Part shown: one piece after another, positions 58,553 to 64,000 of the stretch | Numbering within the stretch: the stretch's first letter is position 1 | Layout: every line of letters starts with the position of its first letter | NCBI GenBank assembly: GCA_963737905.1 | Contig: CAVTUQ010000005.1 | Span: 96,001-160,000, forward strand | DNA: 64,000 nt | Direction of reading: 5' to 3' | DNA from: an uncultured delta proteobacterium | GTDB lineage: Bacteria; Desulfobacterota; Binatia; UBA9968 | Program-made: the position numbers and the translations under genes | Notes under the pieces: generated by a model | Told to the model about the DNA's origin: nothing | Databases searched by the model: none | What the model saw: the letters and a program-made list of their open reading frames with translations, nothing else

Positions 58553-59976
58553 GTTCCGAACCAGAAACCCTCCGTAAAAAACTCACCGAGGTGCTGAGCT
58601 GGGAACGGAGAAAACGGCGCGAGCAGATTCTCGCCACGATTTTCTGTTATGCGCTGCTAGCCGCGCTGTTCACGCTCCCGTTTCATGGTTTGTTGCAGAC
58701 GCTGATCAGCCGCTGGTTCATTCCGATTTCATTTTTCGGGTTGATGGCTCCGTTTTTCCTTGTCAGAGGGCGTTGGCGGGTGTCAGATTCCGCGCGCGCG
58801 CTGGCGCGTGTTGACAAGACTCTCTGCCTGGATGAGCGCGCTCTCACCGCGTGGGAGGTATTGGAGCGCAACGAGACGCGAGCGGCGGCGCTCTTGGTTT
58901 TAAAGCAGGCGGGGGAGAAGCTCTCGAACCTCGATCCTGGGACGCTGTTTCGAAGAAGTTGGAGCTGGCAGGCCTATTGCGCTCTGCCGCTTCTTTTCCT
59001 CTGGCTTGGAGTCCTATGGTTCGACATCAGTCTTCGATTCGATAGCGATTTGCAGCTTTCAGGTCCGAAGAGCGTGGCGCAGAAGCTGCGAGAGTTTTCT
59101 CGAGAACTCCAGGAGAAGGCGAAGAGCGAGGGGTTGGAGGAAAGCCTTCGCATGGGTCGAGAGTTGGAGCAGGTGGCTCAGAAAGGTATCGAAGCAAAAA
59201 CAGGCGACGAAAAGTTCCAAGCCGAGCTGGGCGGAATGCAAAAGAAGATCGCAACGATGGGAAAATCGGCGGCCGAACAACAGCCCTTGTCAGTTACCGA
59301 GAGCCAGCAAGATCTTAGGGATCTCAAAGCTGAATTGGAAGCGGCGCGGGATCTCCTGAATCTTGCCGATGCGTCCAAGGGGAACCAGGAGTTGGGCAAA
59401 CAGTGGCTTGATCGGTTGGCGACCTTGCCCCAGCTCAGGAAACAATTCGAAGAAGCTCAAGCGGGACAGAATCTGGATAGCAACGATCTGAAGTCTTTCC
59501 TCGACAGATTGGAAAAGCAGGCCACCGGAGAACTGGACCGGCGGACCTTGTTAGATGCCCAGCAGTTTCTCGAGCAACTGATGAAGCAAGGCCAAGGGGA
59601 GAAGGGTGATAGCGATGTACAGATGGCCGGTCAAGGAGAGCGAGATTCAGCCGACGACGGTGAAAAGATGAACAACAGGAGTCTTTTGCCGGGGAAGGAA
59701 CCGGGCAAAAAAGAAGCGGGATCTCAATCTCTCCCGGAATTACAGCCAGGAGCGGCGGCCCACGTGAAGGGTTTGCTCGGTGAGGGTAAGAGTAGCGGCC
59801 TGGTATTGAAGGCAAAACCGTCCGCCGGCAAGACCGAAGTGTCGCAGGACGAAGTTATAGCCTCCTATCGCCGGCAGGCGGAGGCAGAGCTCAACACGGA
59901 GCGGGTTCCTGAGGCCTTGAAAGAGACGATTAAGAATTATTTTCTTTCTCTCGGTTTGGGTGAGGGGAACAAGTAA
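58549..59976 (+). CDS. Membrane-anchored coiled-coil protein of MoxR clusters
   Basis: TMs, LDERALTA, helical Q/E/G-rich tail, VPEALKETIKNYF. Confidence 0.7.
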   Translation: MSSEPETLRKKLTEVLSWERRKRREQILATIFCYALLAALFTLPFHGLLQTLISRWFIPISFFGLMAPFFLVRGRWRVSDSARALARVDKTLCLDERALTAWEVLERNETRAAALLVLKQAGEKLSNLDPGTLFRRSWSWQAYCALPLLFLWLGVLWFDISLRFDSDLQLSGPKSVAQKLREFSRELQEKAKSEGLEESLRMGRELEQVAQKGIEAKTGDEKFQAELGGMQKKIATMGKSAAEQQPLSVTESQQDLRDLKAELEAARDLLNLADASKGNQELGKQWLDRLATLPQLRKQFEEAQAGQNLDSNDLKSFLDRLEKQATGELDRRTLLDAQQFLEQLMKQGQGEKGDSDVQMAGQGERDSADDGEKMNNRSLLPGKEPGKKEAGSQSLPELQPGAAAHVKGLLGEGKSSGLVLKAKPSAGKTEVSQDEVIASYRRQAEAELNTERVPEALKETIKNYFLSLGLGEGNK

Positions 59977-60011
59977 GATAACACCGGACCCCTAAAGGAG
60001 AATTGTACTTC

Positions 60012-61019
60012 ATGGAAGCGGTGGCAGAAATCGAAGAGCGAATGCAGCGCGCGCGTCGTTCTTTCGATGATCTAAAGGCGGAGATGGCGCGCATGATCGT
60101 CGGTCACGAGGAGCTCATCGAACAGGTTTTCATCGCGCTTGTTTGCGGCGGTCACTGCCTGCTGGAGGGGGTGCCGGGATTGGGAAAAACGCTCATGGTG
60201 CGTAGCCTCGGTGAGCTCCTAAATCTTAGTTTCTCGCGCATCCAGTTTACACCCGATCTGATGCCGGCGGATATCACGGGCACCAACGTGCTTACCGACG
60301 ATCCGTCCGGGAGAAAGATCTTCGAGTTTCAGCGGGGTCCCGTGTTTGCCCATATCGTGCTGGCCGACGAGATCAATCGGGCGACGCCGAAGACTCAATC
60401 CGCCCTGTTGGAAGCCATGCAGGAGCAGAGTGTAACCGTTAGCGGGAAAGCACACCGTCTGGAGAATCCGTTTATGGTGCTGGCCACACAGAACCCCATC
60501 GAGATGGAAGGAACCTATCCGCTTCCCGAAGCCCAGGTGGATCGCTTCTTCTTCAAACTTTTACTCCAATATCCGACTCGCGATGAATTGGCTCGCATTG
60601 CCGATTTCACAACGGCGGGACCCCCGGCGGCGCTGCGCGAAGTCCTGGACGGAGCGGACATTCTGCAGATGAGACAGTGGGTGCGCGATGTGCCTCTCGC
60701 CGACATCGTAAAAGACTATGCGGTTCGGCTGGTGATGGGCACGCATCCCCAGCGAGAGCAAGGTAACGAGGCTTCCCCGTTGGCGCAGAAGTTTGTGCTC
60801 TACGGCTCCAGTCCGAGAGGACTGCAAAGCCTGATTCTTGCGGCCAAAGCTCGCGCGCTTGTCGCGGGGCGGCCGAATGTTTCGTTCGAAGACATTCGGC
60901 TAATGTTGCCGCCGAGCTTGCGCCATCGGCTGATTCTCAATCTCGAGGCCGATGCCGAAGGGATCGGCGCGGAGAAGATTCTTAGCGAAGTCGTGGAACG
61001 GGTTCCCGAGGTTTCATAG
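60012..61019 (+). CDS. moxR: MoxR family AAA+ ATPase
   Basis: GVPGLGKT, RIQFTPDLMPAD, ADEINR, ATQNPIEMEGTYPLPEAQ. Confidence 0.95.
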   Translation: MEAVAEIEERMQRARRSFDDLKAEMARMIVGHEELIEQVFIALVCGGHCLLEGVPGLGKTLMVRSLGELLNLSFSRIQFTPDLMPADITGTNVLTDDPSGRKIFEFQRGPVFAHIVLADEINRATPKTQSALLEAMQEQSVTVSGKAHRLENPFMVLATQNPIEMEGTYPLPEAQVDRFFFKLLLQYPTRDELARIADFTTAGPPAALREVLDGADILQMRQWVRDVPLADIVKDYAVRLVMGTHPQREQGNEASPLAQKFVLYGSSPRGLQSLILAAKARALVAGRPNVSFEDIRLMLPPSLRHRLILNLEADAEGIGAEKILSEVVERVPEVS

Positions 61020-61030
61020 GACGGAGTTTT

Positions 61031-62059
61031 ATGAGTTTCGAGTTTCGGGTACGCGGTCTTTTATCCGAGCGTTGGAGAAAGATGCTTCGCTTCGGTCTGG
61101 ATGACAAAAGTACCCAGAATAACCAGACGACGGACGCTCAACAATTGAGTACGGCCGCACCCGAAACCCGAAACTCGAAGCCCGAAACTTTCTTTGACCC
61201 AGAGTTTTTGAAAAAGCTCGAGCGACTGCGGCTGATCGCCAAGCGGTTAAGCTGGGCCAACGCCAAAGGCGAGCATCCGTCATCCAGAAGAGGCTTCAGC
61301 CTCGAGTTCTCCGACTACCGGAGATACCAGCAGGGCGATGACCTGCGCTACGTCGACTGGAATATTTACCGGCGGCTCGATCGGCTGCTGCTGAAAGTTT
61401 TTACCGCCGACGAGGAGATGAACGTTTACCTGTTGGTTGATACAAGCCGGTCCATGGCCGAAGGGGCGCCGCCAAAGATTGACTATGCCAAAAAAGTTGC
61501 CGCGGCGTTGGGCTACATCGGCCTCAAGAATCTGGACCGGGTGGGCGGCGCTTCGTTTTCATCCGCCTTGCAAGCTCCTCTTGCCTTGGGGAGGGGACGC
61601 AAACAGGTACTCAGTCTGTTTAGCTTTCTCAGCAAGCTGTCCTGCCACGGCGAGACTAACCTCAAATCGGCGGCTCATTCGTTCACCAATCTCTTCCCCC
61701 ATCCCGGATTGGTCGTCATCGTCAGCGATTTGTTCGACCCCGTTGGCTGGCGCGCCGCCCTCGAGGAGCTCGCGATAAAAAAATATCAGCTCCTGGTGGT
61801 TCATATCTTGGACGATCAAGAGATCAATCCGAAGCCCTGGGGCGATGTGGCGCTGAACGATGTGGAAAGCAGACGGGAACGCCGATTGTTTTTGGACGCG
61901 GATCTGGTTCGTCGCTTCCAGCACGAAATGACGGACTATTTCAAGGAGATTGAAACGGTCTGTTCCGGTCGTCGGATCGACTACCTGCGCACGACGACTC
62001 AAATCCCCTTTGACGAGTTTGTGCTAAAGACGCTACGGCAAGTGAGCAGCGTGACGTAA
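61031..62059 (+). CDS. DUF58 family protein
   Basis: SLEFSDYRRYQQGDDLRYVDW, VDTSRSM; start uncertain because of a repeat-derived N-terminus. Confidence 0.9.
   Translation: MSFEFRVRGLLSERWRKMLRFGLDDKSTQNNQTTDAQQLSTAAPETRNSKPETFFDPEFLKKLERLRLIAKRLSWANAKGEHPSSRRGFSLEFSDYRRYQQGDDLRYVDWNIYRRLDRLLLKVFTADEEMNVYLLVDTSRSMAEGAPPKIDYAKKVAAALGYIGLKNLDRVGGASFSSALQAPLALGRGRKQVLSLFSFLSKLSCHGETNLKSAAHSFTNLFPHPGLVVIVSDLFDPVGWRAALEELAIKKYQLLVVHILDDQEINPKPWGDVALNDVESRRERRLFLDADLVRRFQHEMTDYFKEIETVCSGRRIDYLRTTTQIPFDEFVLKTLRQVSSVT
61033..61188. repeat. Inverted heptamer repeats flanking a REP-like remnant
   Basis: gagtttcgagtttcggg (61033) vs cccgaaacccgaaactcgaagcccgaaac (61160); internal agatgcttcgcttcggtctggatgac. 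Confidence 0.6.
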
Positions 62060-62062
62060 CCT

Positions 62063-64000
62063 ATGGTCTGGGGTGTTCCATACGCACTCTTATTTGCATT
62101 CGGGGCGATCCCTCTCATTCTGTTTCTCCATAGCCTCAAGCCCAAGGGATTCAAAGTAAGTACCACGGCGCTCTTTTTGTGGGAGCGGGTGCTGAAGCAG
62201 CGGCCGCTGGCGACCCGGCTCGGCTGGCTCTTCAGAAAGAATCTGCTGCTGATTCTGCAAATTCTAGCAGCCTGCCTTCTCATTGCAGCGCTGGCGGACC
62301 CGTCGCTGCTTCATTTCGGCGCGACCTCAGGCGACATGGTGGTGGTGGTCGACCTGAGCGCCAGCATGAAGGCGAGGGGTCCGTCGGGAACCCGTTTCGA
62401 GGCGGCACGAAAAGAGTTTCTGTCATTGGTTGATGAATTGTCGTCGGGTCAGAAGATGATGCTCATCGGCGCCGGCGCCCAGACGCGTCTCATCGTTCCT
62501 TTCACCGCTGACAAGCAAAGGCTCCGTGAGGCCGGACGAAATATGGTCGCGACGGACGTGTCCGGGCGGATGAAAGACGCCATTCTTTTTGCCCATGCGT
62601 TTCTAAAACGGGGAAGCCCGGACCATGTGGTCGTGATCAGCGACGGGGCTTTCGCGGGGGCTGAAGATTTCGCCCGCCAAGCCGCGCAGCTGCGGTTCAT
62701 CAAGGTCGACGGCGGACGCGACAACGTGGGCATCGTCGGCTTCGAGGTGCGGCGGTATCCCGATCGTCCATCCCAATACGAAGTCATGGTCCACGTGAGA
62801 AATTTCACCGCCACTGCGGTTCGCGTGCCCTTGACCGTGACCTTAGGAGAGACGACGCTCGTGCGCGAGTCCATCGATATCGAAGCCGACGGTCGGCGGG
62901 TTTTGATCTATCCGTTTAAGGGAACTGTGGTGGGAATCCTGGCCGCGCGTCTGGAAATCGACGATGATTTTGCGACAGACAATCGAGCCTACTTGGCCGT
63001 GAGCGATGCGCCGCCCGTGCGTCTTCTTTACATCGGTCCGGGCAACCCGTTTCTGAGCAATCTCTTGCGTTTTTTTCCCAATGTTGAAGTGACCGCCGCG
63101 CAGCCGGGCGAGCCTGATGCCTCGCACTTCGAGAACCAGTATGATCTGGTGATCTTCGATCGCGTCCCGGTACCTCCGCTGGTCCAGGGCAATTTCATTC
63201 TCATCAACACCGTCGCGCCGAATTTACCCTTGCAGGTCCAAGGGAAGAGTCGAAATCCTCGGATCGTCGGCCCTATGACCCAGCACCCGATCACCGATGG
63301 ATTGAGTCTCGCGGATCTTCAAGTACGGGAATCCTTGCGGGTAGCGGTGACGGGGGACGGCGTCGTTTTGGCTCGCTCGCCGGAGAGTCCAATGCTTTTT
63401 GCCCTCGAGCGGGGCAAGCTGCGCTTGCTGTTCATCGCTTTTGACCTCATGGCTTCGGACCTGCCGCTCAGAGTCGCTTTTCCTATTTTGTTTCACAATA
63501 CCATCGAGTGGCTCCAACCTCAGCGAGTCGAATTCCCAGCCCATAACGTTTTGGCGGGAAACCCATTCGCGCTGCGTTTGCCGGTGGGGGATGGTGATTT
63601 GGAGATCACGACCCCTGCGGGGAAAAAAGAGCAACTAAAGGTCGTTACCAATCCCCTGGTTTTTGCCGATACTGTGGAAGCGGGTCTCTACACCTACCGG
63701 AGCGCAAGCAGAGAGGGGCGCTTCGCGGTCAATCTCTTTGATGAGGGTGAATCGCAGATAACTTCGCGCTTGAATATGAGTGCGGCCAATGCCGGCGGAA
63801 AGAGTCAGGAAAGCCCCGGAGCGGCGGCCGCCGGATTTTCTCTCTGGCCCCTGCTGCTGGTCGGCGTACTTGCGGTACTCGCTCTGGAGCTTTTCCTGGC
63901 TTTTCGTTCGGGAGTTTCACTCTATCCTATTGTCGCTCGGGGGGTGGCGCTGGCGGCGCTTGTTCTGGCGCTGGTGAACCCGAGGATTTTCAAAACGACC
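62063..64000 (+). CDS. BatA + VWA domain protein, apparently fused to a second module (3' truncated by window)
   Basis: MVWGVPYALL..LFLHSLKP, VDLSASM; frame apparently open to the window end through WPLLL..LE..LALVNP. Confidence 0.8.
   Translation, partial: MVWGVPYALLFAFGAIPLILFLHSLKPKGFKVSTTALFLWERVLKQRPLATRLGWLFRKNLLLILQILAACLLIAALADPSLLHFGATSGDMVVVVDLSASMKARGPSGTRFEAARKEFLSLVDELSSGQKMMLIGAGAQTRLIVPFTADKQRLREAGRNMVATDVSGRMKDAILFAHAFLKRGSPDHVVVISDGAFAGAEDFARQAAQLRFIKVDGGRDNVGIVGFEVRRYPDRPSQYEVMVHVRNFTATAVRVPLTVTLGETTLVRESIDIEADGRRVLIYPFKGTVVGILAARLEIDDDFATDNRAYLAVSDAPPVRLLYIGPGNPFLSNLLRFFPNVEVTAAQPGEPDASHFENQYDLVIFDRVPVPPLVQGNFILINTVAPNLPLQVQGKSRNPRIVGPMTQHPITDGLSLADLQVRESLRVAVTGDGVVLARSPESPMLFALERGKLRLLFIAFDLMASDLPLRVAFPILFHNTIEWLQPQRVEFPAHNVLAGNPFALRLPVGDGDLEITTPAGKKEQLKVVTNPLVFADTVEAGLYTYRSASREGRFAVNLFDEGESQITSRLNMSAANAGGKSQESPGAAAAGFSLWPLLLVGVLAVLALELFLAFRSGVSLYPIVARGVALAALVLALVNPRIFKTT

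Overview
Gene-dense bacterial chromosome segment. The amidohydrolase/VOC/NIPSNAP/PPOX content and the zapBA-6S-ygfA-rny-ymdB-tyrS order suggest a deltaproteobacterial lineage such as Ca. Binatia (inference only). Left end (minus strand): an SCO - VKOR/thioredoxin - rhodanese - queC - DUF58 - BatA/VWA - VWA operon. Its rhodanese appears to be a missed selenoprotein with an in-frame UGA, a UxC motif and a SECIS-like hairpin. About 7-16 kb: assorted metabolic and hypothetical genes. About 16-49 kb: a large metal-handling island. It contains three Cox11/CtaG-like paralogues with an altered metal motif, two SCO proteins, TlpA, a BNR-repeat protein, CopC x2, a CopD fusion, DUF4198 x2, an outer-membrane protein behind a RAPP-type leader peptide, a metal ABC transporter, ChrB/ChrA, TonB/ExbBD/TonB-dependent receptor/NikR with candidate NikR boxes, and modABC with its regulator. 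About 50-56 kb: housekeeping genes, including a possibly extended 6S RNA and a greA attenuator. Right end: a MoxR/DUF58/BatA-VWA cluster running off the window. Five genes carry single-base frameshifts, probably assembly indels. No rRNA, tRNA, CRISPR array or transposase was seen. All family assignments are from motif recognition, not database searches.
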